Part shown: positions 27,617 to 40,400 of the stretch, piece after piece | Layout: every line of letters begins with the position of its first letter | How positions within the stretch are numbered: the first letter of the stretch is position 1 | Sequence record: MT150133.1 | Direction: 5' to 3' (one strand) | DNA from: Enterobacteria phage vB_EcoM_IME540 | DNA: 64,000 nucleotides | Notes under the pieces: model-generated | Told to the model about the DNA's origin: nothing | The model's input: only the letters and a program-made list of their open reading frames with translations | Database searches by the model: none | Translations under genes and position numbers: made by a program

Positions 27617-28281
27617 TGACTTTAACTGAAATGAAAAGCGGGTTAAAATCCCGCTTAGCTGATTATTTGGAATTATCTTATACCAGTGACAAGCCTACTG
27701 CTGTCGCTGACCAACGACCTATTGGTGGCCCTTCTGCAAACCAAACCCAGAAGGGTGTTTATTTTCCTACGGTCCAAAGTGCAATAGATGATATTGCATT
27801 TAGAGCAGAGCTTCCTGTGAACTCTGTTATTGTTACTACGGAAAATAGAGCCCCCGGATTTATTCAGCAATCTGATAAAATTACATTTACTGGTTCTATT
27901 TCTTCGGGTGGTGAACTTGGCGACCCGGTTATTATTAAAGTGTTTGGACTTCCTGTAGAGGTCTTAGTTGGTGATTCATCCGTATTGGTTGCATCTAAAG
28001 TAAATGATGTGTTTTTAGACGCTATTGCTAATAGCTATATTTTGGCCGAAACTGCTATTGATGCCTTAGACCAATCTACCTTGAATATTAAATACAATGA
28101 CTATCAGAATCATATTTTTTCACCATATAAACAATCGGGTTGTACAATTTCCCATACCATAGTCCAACAGCCGAGGGCTGGATACGGCAAGTGGGAATAC
28201 TTAGGTAACTCTACCCAATCGTTAGCAGGTGGTACAGTTAACGGCACGATTCCTTTATATTACTATAAGAGATTATATTAA
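27616..28281 (+). CDS. 11: baseplate wedge protein gp11
   Basis: 221 aa, TAATG-coupled; matches T4 gp11. Confidence 0.9.
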   Translation: MTLTEMKSGLKSRLADYLELSYTSDKPTAVADQRPIGGPSANQTQKGVYFPTVQSAIDDIAFRAELPVNSVIVTTENRAPGFIQQSDKITFTGSISSGGELGDPVIIKVFGLPVEVLVGDSSVLVASKVNDVFLDAIANSYILAETAIDALDQSTLNIKYNDYQNHIFSPYKQSGCTISHTIVQQPRAGYGKWEYLGNSTQSLAGGTVNGTIPLYYYKRLY

Positions 28282-29807
28282 TGTCAACAAACACACTAAA
28301 ACACATTAGTGATAAATCGGAATTCAAATCATTCGACCCTACTGGGTCGAATTTCCCACCTGATATTACTAATGTTCAAGAAGCATTGGCAACTATTTCA
28401 TTAATCGGTGTCACAGGTAATGTTCCTTCAGCCACAGAAACATCCCAAGGTATTATTCGTCTGGCCACAACACAAGAAGTAATGGATGGATTGGATGCTT
28501 ATAGTGCAGTGACCCCAGCAACTTTAAAAGCCCGTTTAGATATTCCTACTCAGGCAACAGAAACTTATGTAGGTATCACCCGTTACGCTACTAACGCTGA
28601 AGCTATAGCAGGCACAGAGCCCCAGGCTGCAATCGTAGCAACCTCTTTGAAAGCGGTAATGGATTATACATTTGAGAACCGTTTATCAACAGAGAACGCC
28701 ACAGGCGTTATCAAGATTTCAACTACACCTGCTGCATTAGCTGGTACCGATGATACCACAGCGATGTCCCCACTTAAAGTATCGCAAGCAATTGGTGCAG
28801 CGACAGCAGCTTTACCGGTTTATTCTACGGCAACGACTACAAATGAAGGTTTAGTTCGTTTAGCGACTAATGCTGAAGTTGGTAATGGAAATCTTTCTGT
28901 AGGTATCGCTATTTCTCCAGCAGGATTAGCCACATTAACTTCCACCGAAGAACGAAGCGGTATTATTAAACTCGCTGGTTGGGATATGGTATCTAATGGT
29001 ACTGACCACACCGCCGCTGTTACACCTGCTTCTTTGTTAGCTCGTACAGGTAATACCGGACGCATTGGATTGGTTCGATTATCTACTACCGTAGGTCAAG
29101 GCGACGGTAATACAGCACTGGCTTATAATGCTAACGTTATTTCTACTTCAGGCGGTGAAATATGGGGTACTTTAAACGTTAATGGCGCATTACGCCGTAA
29201 TGGTGTTGATGTTGTTACCCACGACCAATTATCAGATAGCGTCCCGGTAGGTACTATTTGTATGTGGGGTGGCCATGAAGGTAATATACCTGGTAAATGG
29301 CGTGCTTGTGTAGGTGGGACTTACACCGGTGGAGCATATTTAAATGCTGTTGGTGGACGTTGGGGATGGTGGGGTGCTATTCCGGATTTCCGTGGATTAT
29401 ATCCTCGTGGCGCTAACATGGTTGGCGGATATTCTGAAGGCGAAGTTAACCCACATATTGCCGGTAACCGAGGAGAAGACGGTAAAGGTAAAGCCCGTTT
29501 AGGTAATGGTGTTGGTTCGTTCCCACAATCTTCCGTTCAAGCCCAAGCATTACGTTATCATAAACATGCTGGTGGTTTTGGTGAACACGATAACTATGGC
29601 GCTTTTGGTAACACCGCTAACTCCGGATATGTTGGTACTCGTAAAGGACTTGACTGGGATAACCGTAGTTATTTTACTAACGAAGGGTTTGAAACCACCG
29701 ATCCTTGGAACCGTGATGGCCATAGCACACTGAATAGTGAAGGACTTATTGCAAATGAAACACGTCCTTGGACAATGTCCGTTCTTTTTATTATTAAAGT
29801 AGAATAA
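28281..29807 (+). CDS. 12: short tail fiber protein gp12
   Basis: 508 aa with internal repeats (GIIRLATTQEVMDG, GITRYATNAEAIAG, GLVRLATNAEVGNG) typical of gp12. Confidence 0.9.
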   Translation: MSTNTLKHISDKSEFKSFDPTGSNFPPDITNVQEALATISLIGVTGNVPSATETSQGIIRLATTQEVMDGLDAYSAVTPATLKARLDIPTQATETYVGITRYATNAEAIAGTEPQAAIVATSLKAVMDYTFENRLSTENATGVIKISTTPAALAGTDDTTAMSPLKVSQAIGAATAALPVYSTATTTNEGLVRLATNAEVGNGNLSVGIAISPAGLATLTSTEERSGIIKLAGWDMVSNGTDHTAAVTPASLLARTGNTGRIGLVRLSTTVGQGDGNTALAYNANVISTSGGEIWGTLNVNGALRRNGVDVVTHDQLSDSVPVGTICMWGGHEGNIPGKWRACVGGTYTGGAYLNAVGGRWGWWGAIPDFRGLYPRGANMVGGYSEGEVNPHIAGNRGEDGKGKARLGNGVGSFPQSSVQAQALRYHKHAGGFGEHDNYGAFGNTANSGYVGTRKGLDWDNRSYFTNEGFETTDPWNRDGHSTLNSEGLIANETRPWTMSVLFIIKVE

Positions 29808-29816
29808 GGGTAAAAA

Positions 29817-31979
29817 ATGATTAACAAATTGGAACTTAGTGAGTTACCATTTGTTGACGGCGTACCTGATGCTCCTCAAAAGCGTATCCAATGGATACGC
29901 GAGGGTGATTGTATGTCTGCAGCAAAAACAAAATACGGCAATGAAGGTAATTTGAACGCTGCTGCTTTAGGAGTTCAGAAAAACGTTGAAGCTCTTGATG
30001 CGAATGATTTGAAAACAGCAGATAAAGTTAACGAACTGGTAGAAAACGTTAATAATATCAATGATGCCTTAGAAATGGCTACTGATATTTCCGTCATCCA
30101 GCAAATTGAGAAAAACCGTGTTGATATCGTGGACCTTAAAAAGGTTACTTCAGAAACAACAGGAAAATTGGATGAGTTAACCACCAATTTTGATTACTTG
30201 CGTGAAGACGTTGGTTACCATGACCCTTTACAAGACGGCCCATATTTAACTGTACGTGAAAATATTGTTCTTCTTAAAACCGAAATAGGTCATTATGAAA
30301 ACCAGGATATAAATGGCAATCCATTGCCTCCGGGTGAAACCAATGAAGCCACTGGTATGAAACGTCGCATCATTGATAATACCACTCAATTGGTCGACCA
30401 TCGTCTTCGCATTGATACCCTTGAAAGGAATTATGAAGATTCTGACGTCGGGCAACTAGGTATTAAATTAAATGAAATTCGTGCTGAACTTGGCCCTCAT
30501 TCTGATACTGTAGGTAAACAACCGGCTTATACCCGAATTTCTGTATTAGAAACGGCTGCAATTAATTTCAATACATCTATCGACGAAATTAAGACTAATA
30601 TTGATTTCTCCGGTATGCCTATAAAGGACCGAGTAACTACTTTAGAAAGCAAAACTCTTACCCTAGAAAATTCAGTCAACGTTGATTTAAAACCTCGTGT
30701 AACATCAATTGAAACCCAAATAGGATCCGAATCAACTCCTACTTCTATTAATGGGCGTTTGAGCGGTCTTCGCACCGATGTAAATGACCTTAAAACCATA
30801 GTAGGTGTTAGTTCAAGTGATGGCTTACGTTTCCAAGTTACTGATATCAACCGCCGTTTAGGTGGTGAAGTATCTCCGGCAGCTGGGACCATTAATAAGC
30901 GTTTAAATGACGTTATTATCCAAGCAAACCAATCTACTTCATCTATCCAGGATATTCAAGTAGAAATTGGAAATAACCAATCCGGTATTAAGGGTACTTT
31001 ACTTAAACTCACCAATAAGGTTGACGGGACAAACCCTAACGGTGCTACTGTAGAAGAACGTGGTCTTATTAACGCGGTTACTTCTTTAGAAACCCAGATG
31101 TTAGGTAAGTTGAATGATGCCCCTTCCGATGGTAAACTTTATGCTCGTCGTAATGCTACATGGACCGAAGTTCCTAACGTTTCTACTGAAATAGAATCTG
31201 TTAAGGATGATTTAGTTGTTACCGATGGTAAAGTGGCAGCTTTAACTTCTAGAGTCGATGGTAATGATACCTCAATTTCTTCTCTTGATACTCGCACCGG
31301 TGCATTAAACACTTCGGTTGGTGAGATTAAAGCAGATATCGTTACTATAAAGGCTAAAGACCTTGAACAGGACAGTCGTTTAACAGCACTTGAATCTAGT
31401 GATGTTACTGTTAATGGAAAAATAACGGCACTTGAATCTAAAACCGATACCACCGATTCTGATGTTACCGCTTTGGCCTTAGATGTGAGTTCTATAGAAT
31501 CACAATTAATTCCTATTAAAGCTGATATAACTAAGAACAAAGGCGATATAGTTACTTTAACCGGACGAGTAGCTGCTAATGAAGGTGAAATTGCCGATAT
31601 TAAATTAGACACCGCTAAAATAGCTCCTTTGGCTACTCGAGTCACTACTGCTGAAGGTAAAATTACCACCTTAGAAACAGGTTTGGCAGCAGTTAAAGTT
31701 GAATCCGATAAAGTTGCAGGAATCAATACCCGTTTAGGTACGGTAGAAGGTAAAGTTGGTACTCTTGAAACAGGTTTAGCAGCGGTTAAAGTTGAATCTG
31801 ATAAAGTTGCTGATTTAGGAACCCGTTTAACTGCGGCTGAAGGTAAAATCACTGCACTAGAAACTGAGTTGGCCAAACGCCCTCCTGTTGCTCCTGTTGC
31901 TGATGGACTTCCATATGTTCTTGTTGATAATGCGTGGGTGCTATTGTCAGATTTTGTGACTTTAAACCCAGCACCATAA
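29817..31979 (+). CDS. wac: fibritin (whisker antigen control, neck whiskers), extended form
   Basis: 720 aa; N-terminus MINKLELSELPFVDGVPDAPQKRIQWIREGD; long coiled coil; foldon-like C-terminus GLPYVLVDNAWVLLSDF. Confidence 0.85.
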   Translation: MINKLELSELPFVDGVPDAPQKRIQWIREGDCMSAAKTKYGNEGNLNAAALGVQKNVEALDANDLKTADKVNELVENVNNINDALEMATDISVIQQIEKNRVDIVDLKKVTSETTGKLDELTTNFDYLREDVGYHDPLQDGPYLTVRENIVLLKTEIGHYENQDINGNPLPPGETNEATGMKRRIIDNTTQLVDHRLRIDTLERNYEDSDVGQLGIKLNEIRAELGPHSDTVGKQPAYTRISVLETAAINFNTSIDEIKTNIDFSGMPIKDRVTTLESKTLTLENSVNVDLKPRVTSIETQIGSESTPTSINGRLSGLRTDVNDLKTIVGVSSSDGLRFQVTDINRRLGGEVSPAAGTINKRLNDVIIQANQSTSSIQDIQVEIGNNQSGIKGTLLKLTNKVDGTNPNGATVEERGLINAVTSLETQMLGKLNDAPSDGKLYARRNATWTEVPNVSTEIESVKDDLVVTDGKVAALTSRVDGNDTSISSLDTRTGALNTSVGEIKADIVTIKAKDLEQDSRLTALESSDVTVNGKITALESKTDTTDSDVTALALDVSSIESQLIPIKADITKNKGDIVTLTGRVAANEGEIADIKLDTAKIAPLATRVTTAEGKITTLETGLAAVKVESDKVAGINTRLGTVEGKVGTLETGLAAVKVESDKVADLGTRLTAAEGKITALETELAKRPPVAPVADGLPYVLVDNAWVLLSDFVTLNPAP
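31650..31870 (+). repeat. tandem ~90-bp direct repeat inside wac
   Basis: Near-identical DNA segments (cttgaaacaggtttagcagcggttaaagttgaatctgataaagttgc) encode repeated EGK.TTLETGLAAVKVESDKVA. Confidence 0.7.
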
Positions 31980-31980
31980 T

Positions 31981-32012
31981 AAAAGGGCTTCGGCCCTTTT
32001 TTGCTATAAATA
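31981..32012 (+). terminator. rho-independent terminator (AAAAGGGC-TTCG-GCCCTTTTTT) followed by late promoter TATAAATA (32005-32012) for gene 13
   Basis: GC stem, TTCG loop, T-run, then exact late consensus. Confidence 0.65.
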
Positions 32013-32033
32013 CGGTTATTAGAGGAATAAACC

Positions 32034-32969
32034 ATGGCAAGTGAATCATATAACCCTAAGCAACTCAAGGACGCAATCCTGCGCCGCCTGGGTGCACCGA
32101 TTACGAATATTGAAGTAACTACAGACCAAGTATACGATTGCATCCAGCGCGCCCTGGAGCTCTACGGTGAGTATCATTATAACGGCTATAACAAAGGTTA
32201 TCAGGCTTTTTATATAGGCCATGATGACGAAGAAAAATTCCGTAACGGCGTATTTGACCTTAAAGGCCGTAATATATTTGCGGTAACACAAATTTTAAGA
32301 ACTAATGTAGGTTCTTTAACATCTATGGATGGCCAAGCGACTTATCCATGGTTTACTGATTTTGTATTAGGCCTAGCTGGTATTAATGGCGGTCTTGGAA
32401 CTTCTTGTAACAGCTTTGGGCCTAATGCCTTTGGTGCTGACCTCGGGTATTTTACACAATTAATGCAATATCGTTCTATGATGCAGGACCTTTTGGTTCC
32501 ATTGCCTGATTATTGGTATAACGATGCCACTGAACAGTTGAAGGTAATGGGTAACTTTGTTAAAGGCGATTTTATTGTAATTGAAGTTTATACTCGCTCT
32601 TTTAATGGGGTCGATTCTATGGTAGGAAATACCGCAGGATATGGATATGCCTCTGGTGGGTGCGACGAAAATGAATGGAGCCCCGGAGCTATTTGGGATA
32701 ACCCGGCTCGTCGTATTTCAGGTATGAGGGCAGGTGAAGACCTTGGTTTGCAAGATGGTTCATATAATAACCGTTGGGTCAAAGATTATGCGACGGCATT
32801 GGTTAAAGAAGTCAATGGTAATATTTTGGCCAAACACCAAGGCATGCAACTTGCGGGTGGAACCACTGTAGATGGTATTCGATTGATTGAAGAAGCTCGT
32901 TTAGAAAAAGAACGCCTTCGCGAAGAATTAGATTTACTCGACCCACCAACACCTATTTTAATTGGATAA
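32034..32969 (+). CDS. 13: neck protein gp13
   Basis: 311 aa; RBS AGAGGAA; matches T4 gp13. Confidence 0.9.
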   Translation: MASESYNPKQLKDAILRRLGAPITNIEVTTDQVYDCIQRALELYGEYHYNGYNKGYQAFYIGHDDEEKFRNGVFDLKGRNIFAVTQILRTNVGSLTSMDGQATYPWFTDFVLGLAGINGGLGTSCNSFGPNAFGADLGYFTQLMQYRSMMQDLLVPLPDYWYNDATEQLKVMGNFVKGDFIVIEVYTRSFNGVDSMVGNTAGYGYASGGCDENEWSPGAIWDNPARRISGMRAGEDLGLQDGSYNNRWVKDYATALVKEVNGNILAKHQGMQLAGGTTVDGIRLIEEARLEKERLREELDLLDPPTPILIG

Positions 32970-32971
32970 TT

Positions 32972-33745
32972 ATGGCTACTTTCGATTCGAGTTTATTTGC
33001 CAAGCTGGAAAATAATACTGGCTATGCTAACACGAACGAAACTGAAATAATGAATCCGTTCGTCAACTTCTACAAGCATGAGAATACCCAAACATTGGCT
33101 GATGCTTTAGTTGCTGAGTCTATTCAAATGCGTGGTATTGAGCTTTATTATATACCACGTGAATACGTTAATCCAGACCAGATATTTGGCGAAGACCTTC
33201 AGAACAAATTTACTAAAGCCTGGAAATTTGCAGGTTATTTGGATTCCTTTGAAGGTTATTCCGGTGACAATACTTATTTCAGTAAGTTCGGTATGATGGT
33301 TAATGATGAAGTAACAATCACAATTAACCCTAACCTTTTTAAACATCAATGCAATGGCACTGAACCTGTTTCAGGTGATTTGATTTATTTCCCTATGGAT
33401 AACAGCCTATTCGAAATTAACTGGGTGCAACCTTATGACCCGTTCTATCAAGTGGGTGCTAATGTCCAGCGTCGAATCACTGCTACCAAGTTCATTTACA
33501 ATGGTGAAGAACTTCGTCCTGAATTACAGAGAAATGAAGGTATTAATATTCCTGAGTTTAGTGAGCTTGATTTAATGCCTGTTAAGAATATCGACGGATT
33601 GGCTGATATCTCCGACATTCAATATGAAGAGGTCAATGAGATTAATGCTGAAGCGGCGGAATTCGTACATCCTTATGTTGTAATTAATGGACGAGGAGAA
33701 GATGCTCCTCCTACAGCATTCGATGATGCTTTTTTAGATGATTAA
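32972..33745 (+). CDS. 14: neck protein gp14
   Basis: 257 aa; matches T4 gp14. Confidence 0.9.
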   Translation: MATFDSSLFAKLENNTGYANTNETEIMNPFVNFYKHENTQTLADALVAESIQMRGIELYYIPREYVNPDQIFGEDLQNKFTKAWKFAGYLDSFEGYSGDNTYFSKFGMMVNDEVTITINPNLFKHQCNGTEPVSGDLIYFPMDNSLFEINWVQPYDPFYQVGANVQRRITATKFIYNGEELRPELQRNEGINIPEFSELDLMPVKNIDGLADISDIQYEEVNEINAEAAEFVHPYVVINGRGEDAPPTAFDDAFLDD

Positions 33746-33752
33746 ATAATAC

Positions 33753-33775
33753 ATGGCGCATGGTGCGCCATTTTA
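33753..33775 (+). terminator. hairpin TGGCGCA-TGG-TGCGCCA + TTTT after gene 14
   Basis: 7-bp stem followed by T-run and the gene 15 RBS AGGAGG. Confidence 0.5.
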
Positions 33776-33784
33776 GGAGGTTTG

Positions 33785-34647
33785 ATGTTTGGACATTGGT
33801 ATAATAGTTCGCTACGTCGCTATATTGTTTTGATGGGTGATTTATTTTCCCATGTTCAAGTAGCACGTCAAAGAGAAGATACAGGGCTTAAATTTATTAA
33901 AGTTCCTATTACGTATGCTTCTAAAGAAAGATTTATGGCAAATTTGGGTAAATGGACGGCAGTACAGAATATTCCAAATCCTAATATGACAGCTAAAGAA
34001 CGGGCCGAACAAAAAGCTAAAGTGGAAACAGTTCTTCCGCGTATGAACCTCCAAATGGTTGATATGCTTTACAACTCACAATATAAAACAGCCCTTCAAA
34101 ACAGAACACAAATTCAATTTGAGAATGGCGACCCACGTAAGCGTGTCAGCCAATATTCTCCTACTCCGGTTAAAATGATTTTCGAACTGGGTATTTACAC
34201 TAGAACCCAAGATGATATGTTCCAAATTGTAGAACAGATTATGCCTTATTTCCAACCTCACTTCAATACAACTATCACTGAACTCTATACAAACGAAATT
34301 AAATTTGACCGTGATATCCGTATTGTGTTCCAATCTATAGCAATGGATGAACAATTAGAAGGTGATACCACTTCTAGACGTCGCTTAGAGTGGTCTATGA
34401 TGTTTGAGGTTAATGGTTGGTTATATCCTCCTGTGAAGGAAATGGAAGGCGAAATTAAAACCATTTATCTTGATTTCTTTGCCAACTCAAAGGAACTCGC
34501 TCCTGAAGGTAATTTCGAATCGGTTGATAGCGAAGTGGTTCCTAGAGGTGTAGAAGAAAAAGAATGGGACGGTAAGTCCATTCAAACATATTCACAAGAT
34601 ATTCCAGTGCCTGTCGAGCCAGCGCCTCCAGCACCAAGGAGAAACCC

Positions 34648-34651
<4 letters not shown>
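33785..34651 (+). CDS. 15: tail sheath stabiliser / completion protein gp15
   Basis: Start at ATG 33785 (track began at TTG); [23 protein letters not shown] matches T4 gp15. Confidence 0.9.
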
Positions 34652-36961
<2,310 letters not shown>

Positions 36962-36990
36962 ACAATAAAGCATAACCAAGAGGATTCAAA

Positions 36991-38973
36991 ATGGCTTTAT
37001 TATCACCGGGCATTGAGCTCAAAGAAACGTCCGTACAGAGTACTGTCGTTCGTAACGCAACGGGTCGTGCAGCGCTGGTTGGTAAATTCCAGTGGGGCCC
37101 TGCTTTCCAGGTAACTCAAATTACTAACGAAGTTGAACTGGTGGATTTGTTTGGAGGTCCTAATAACGAAGTTGCTGATTACTTCATGTCGGGTATGAAC
37201 TTCCTCCAGTATGGTAACGACCTTCGTACTGTTCGTGTTGTTAACCGTGAATTCGCTAAAAACGCGTCTCCGGTAGCGGGTAACGTCCAAACCACTATTA
37301 CTACTGCAGGTTCTAACTATGCGGTAGGCGATAAAATTAATATCAAATATAACCAGACTGTTGTTGAATCTGAAGGTCGTGTAACTTCGGTCGATACAGA
37401 CGGTAAAATTCTATCAGTGTTTATTCCTACCGGCAAGATTATTTCTTATGCTCGTTCTGTTAACCAGTATCCGAACCTAGGCCCTGCGTGGACTGCTGAA
37501 GTTACTTCTGCCTCTTCCGGTGTTTCTGGTACTATTACTGTCGGTAAAATTGTAACCGATTCCGGTATTCTGTTGACTGAAGCAGAGAACAGTGAAGAAG
37601 CTATTACTTCCCTGGAGTTCCAAGCATCTCTTAAACAGTTTGGTATGCCTGGTGTGGTCGCCCTTTATCCTGGTGAAATTGGTAGTACTCTAGAAGTTGA
37701 AATTGTTTCTAAAGCGGCTTATGATGCTGGTTCTACTAAAATGTTGGATATTTATCCAAACGGTGGTACTCGTGCTTCTGTAGCTAAAGCGGTATTCAAC
37801 TACGGCCCTCAGTCCGATAACCAGTATGCTATTATTGTTCGTCGTGATGGTGCAATCGTAGAATCCGTCGTACTTTCTACCAAAGAAGGCGAAAAAGACG
37901 TTTACGGTAATAACATCTATCTGGATGATTATTTCGCTAAAGGCACTTCGAACTATATCTTCGCTACCTCTCTGAACTGGCCGGCCGGTTTTAGTGGTAT
38001 CATCAATCTTATGGGTGGTGTATCTGCTAACGATCAGGTTACTGCGAGTGATTTGATGCAGGGTTGGGATTTGTTTGCCGACCGTGAAGCACTCCATATT
38101 AACCTTTTGATTGCTGGTGCCGTTGCCGGTGAAGGTGATGAAGTTGCTTCTACCGTCCAGAAACACGTTGTTAGTATTGCTGATGAACGTCAGGATTGCT
38201 TGGCATTTATTTCTCCTCCTAAAGGACTGTTGGTTAACGTTCCATTGACTCGTGCAGTAGATAATCTTATCGACTGGCGTACCGGTGCAGGTACTTTCGA
38301 TACCAACAACATGAACATTAGCACCACTTATGCTGCTATTGATGGTAACTATAAATATCAGTATGACAAATATAATGACGTAAACCGTTGGGTGCCTCTG
38401 GCCGCTGATATGGCTGGTTTGTGTGCACGTACTGATGATGTTTCTCAGCCTTGGATGTCTCCGGCAGGTTATAACCGTGGCCAGATTCTTAACGTTCTGA
38501 AATTGGCAATTGAACCACGTCAAGCACAACGTGACCGCATGTACCAGGAAGCTATTAACCCAGTTGTTGGTTTTGCTGGCGGTGATGGTTTCGTATTGTT
38601 TGGTGATAAGACTGCAACTAAAGTTCCATCTCCGATGGACCACATTAACGTTCGCCGTCTGTTCAACATGCTTAAGAAAAATATCGGTGATGCCTCTAAA
38701 TATAAACTGTTTGAATTGAACGACAACTTCACTCGTTCAAGCTTCCGTATGGAAGTTTCTCAGTACTTAGATGGTATTAAGGCACTTGGTGGGATTTATG
38801 AAGGACGCGTGGTTTGTGATACTACAGTGAACACCCCTGCGGTTATCGACCGTAATGAGTTTATTGCTAATATCTACGTTAAACCGGCCCGTTCTATTAA
38901 CTACATCACGTTGAACTTCGTTGCAACGAGCACTGGTGCTGATTTTGATGAATTGATTGGACCTTTAGTATAA
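36991..38973 (+). CDS. 18: tail sheath protein gp18
   Basis: 660 aa MALLSPGIELKETSVQSTVVRNATGRAALVGKFQWGP..., matches T4 gp18. Confidence 0.95.
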   Translation: MALLSPGIELKETSVQSTVVRNATGRAALVGKFQWGPAFQVTQITNEVELVDLFGGPNNEVADYFMSGMNFLQYGNDLRTVRVVNREFAKNASPVAGNVQTTITTAGSNYAVGDKINIKYNQTVVESEGRVTSVDTDGKILSVFIPTGKIISYARSVNQYPNLGPAWTAEVTSASSGVSGTITVGKIVTDSGILLTEAENSEEAITSLEFQASLKQFGMPGVVALYPGEIGSTLEVEIVSKAAYDAGSTKMLDIYPNGGTRASVAKAVFNYGPQSDNQYAIIVRRDGAIVESVVLSTKEGEKDVYGNNIYLDDYFAKGTSNYIFATSLNWPAGFSGIINLMGGVSANDQVTASDLMQGWDLFADREALHINLLIAGAVAGEGDEVASTVQKHVVSIADERQDCLAFISPPKGLLVNVPLTRAVDNLIDWRTGAGTFDTNNMNISTTYAAIDGNYKYQYDKYNDVNRWVPLAADMAGLCARTDDVSQPWMSPAGYNRGQILNVLKLAIEPRQAQRDRMYQEAINPVVGFAGGDGFVLFGDKTATKVPSPMDHINVRRLFNMLKKNIGDASKYKLFELNDNFTRSSFRMEVSQYLDGIKALGGIYEGRVVCDTTVNTPAVIDRNEFIANIYVKPARSINYITLNFVATSTGADFDELIGPLV

Positions 38974-39109
38974 TCTATTATCCCAGGCTGTAATATAAAG
39001 AACCTAAAACCATTATACCATGTGTTTGGTTACAGCGTACATCACGTAGAATTGCGCCTGGGATTGATTATTCTCTTGGAATATGATTTATCAACTGTAT
39101 AACTAAAAA

Positions 39110-39138
39110 CGTCGCAGGCGCAATCCTGCGACTTTCTG
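39110..39138 (+). terminator. terminator hairpin GTCGCAGG-CGCAAT-CCTGCGAC + TTTCT after gene 18
   Basis: Perfect 8-bp stem; A-run before and T-run after. Confidence 0.6.
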
Positions 39139-39141
39139 GTA

Positions 39142-39149
39142 TATAAATA
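39142..39149 (+). promoter_or_regulatory. late-type TATAAATA box immediately upstream of the HNH endonuclease gene
   Basis: Exact consensus only 5 nt before ATG 39155; function uncertain. Confidence 0.35.
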
Positions 39150-39154
39150 TAAGT

Positions 39155-39838
39155 ATGATTACTAATACTCTATTTGAAATACCTATAACAAATCGTAACG
39201 TTTCTGCTTTTAAAAATCTTGGGTATCAAGTTAAAAGTGGGAGCTCCCATTTAATAAAATTAGAAGACTGCCCTGGAAAAATTGCTGTTACGTGTAAATG
39301 TGATAAATGTGGCACTTATTATACTGTAACAAAAGGGCGACTTAATGAAACCAATTCTAAGTTCTGTAAAGAGCATCGTTGGGAAGTCTATTCAGAAACA
39401 AGAAAAGAATATTGGAATTCTGATGAAGGCATAAAAATCCGTAAAACCAAAGGGCCTAAAATTTCTAAGTCTAAAAAAGGTATAAAGATTGAAGCTTGTT
39501 CAGGACCTAAAAACGGAAGATGGAATCCTAACAAATCTGAACGTAATAAATATTATTATTCAGTGAGGTCTTTTACTAATAAGACTTTTAAAGAAGAAGT
39601 TGATAATCTACCAAATAGACATCTAAGCGGGATATGTGGTGTTAAAGGAGCTTATCAATTAGACCATAGGGTATCTATCAAATATGGATTTGAAAATGGC
39701 GTCCCTCCCGAAATAATAGGACACATTTGCAATCTAGAAATGATTCCTTGGGAAAAGAATCGAAGTAAAGATTCTAAAAATAGTATAGATTTAGATATGC
39801 TATTCCATTTAATTGAAGAATATGATAGGAAACACTAA
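39155..39838 (+). CDS. HNH homing endonuclease inserted between genes 18 and 19
   Basis: 227 aa; HNH core QLDHRVSIKYGFENGVPPEIIGHICNLEMIPWEKNRSK; Cys cluster CKCDKCGTYY; no gene at this position in T4. Confidence 0.75.
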   Translation: MITNTLFEIPITNRNVSAFKNLGYQVKSGSSHLIKLEDCPGKIAVTCKCDKCGTYYTVTKGRLNETNSKFCKEHRWEVYSETRKEYWNSDEGIKIRKTKGPKISKSKKGIKIEACSGPKNGRWNPNKSERNKYYYSVRSFTNKTFKEEVDNLPNRHLSGICGVKGAYQLDHRVSIKYGFENGVPPEIIGHICNLEMIPWEKNRSKDSKNSIDLDMLFHLIEEYDRKH

Positions 39839-39841
39839 CTT

Positions 39842-40333
39842 ATGGAACTTACGGATATCACTAGGGCCTTCGAGTCAGGTGACTTTGCACGCCCTAACCT
39901 TTTCGAAGTGGAAATTCCATTTCTGGGTAAAAACTTTAGCTTTAAATGTAAAGCAGCACCTATGCCGGCAGGCATTGTAGAAAAAGTACCGGTTGGCTAC
40001 ATGAACCGTAAAATTAACGTAGCCGGTGACCGTACGTTTGATGATTGGACCATTACCATTTATAACGATGATGCACATGACACCCGTCAAGCAATTGTCG
40101 ATTGGCAGAATCTCTGTCACGGTATGACCAATGAAATTACCGGTGCAGCACCTGCAGAATATAAGAAACAAGCAGTAGTTCGCCAGTTCCATCGTGACGG
40201 CAAGACTGTGACCAAAGAAGTTACAATTTACGGCTTATGGCCTACTAACGTTGGTGAAGTCCAGATGGACTGGGACTCGAATAACGAGGTAGAAACATTT
40301 GAAAGCACATTTGCTATTGACTGGTGGGAATAA
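39842..40333 (+). CDS. 19: tail tube protein gp19
   Basis: 163 aa ...TRAFESGDFARPNLFEVEIPFLGKNFSFKCKAAPMPAGIVEK..., matches T4 gp19. Confidence 0.95.
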   Translation: MELTDITRAFESGDFARPNLFEVEIPFLGKNFSFKCKAAPMPAGIVEKVPVGYMNRKINVAGDRTFDDWTITIYNDDAHDTRQAIVDWQNLCHGMTNEITGAAPAEYKKQAVVRQFHRDGKTVTKEVTIYGLWPTNVGEVQMDWDSNNEVETFESTFAIDWWE

Positions 40334-40362
40334 GTTTTTACTTTTATAGCAAATTATGATAG

Positions 40363-40370
40363 TATAAATA
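40363..40370 (+). promoter_or_regulatory. late promoter TATAAATA upstream of the GIY-YIG gene
   Basis: Exact consensus 31 nt upstream of ATG 40401. Confidence 0.45.
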
Positions 40371-40400
40371 CATTCAAACAATGAAGTCAAGGAGTTTAGA

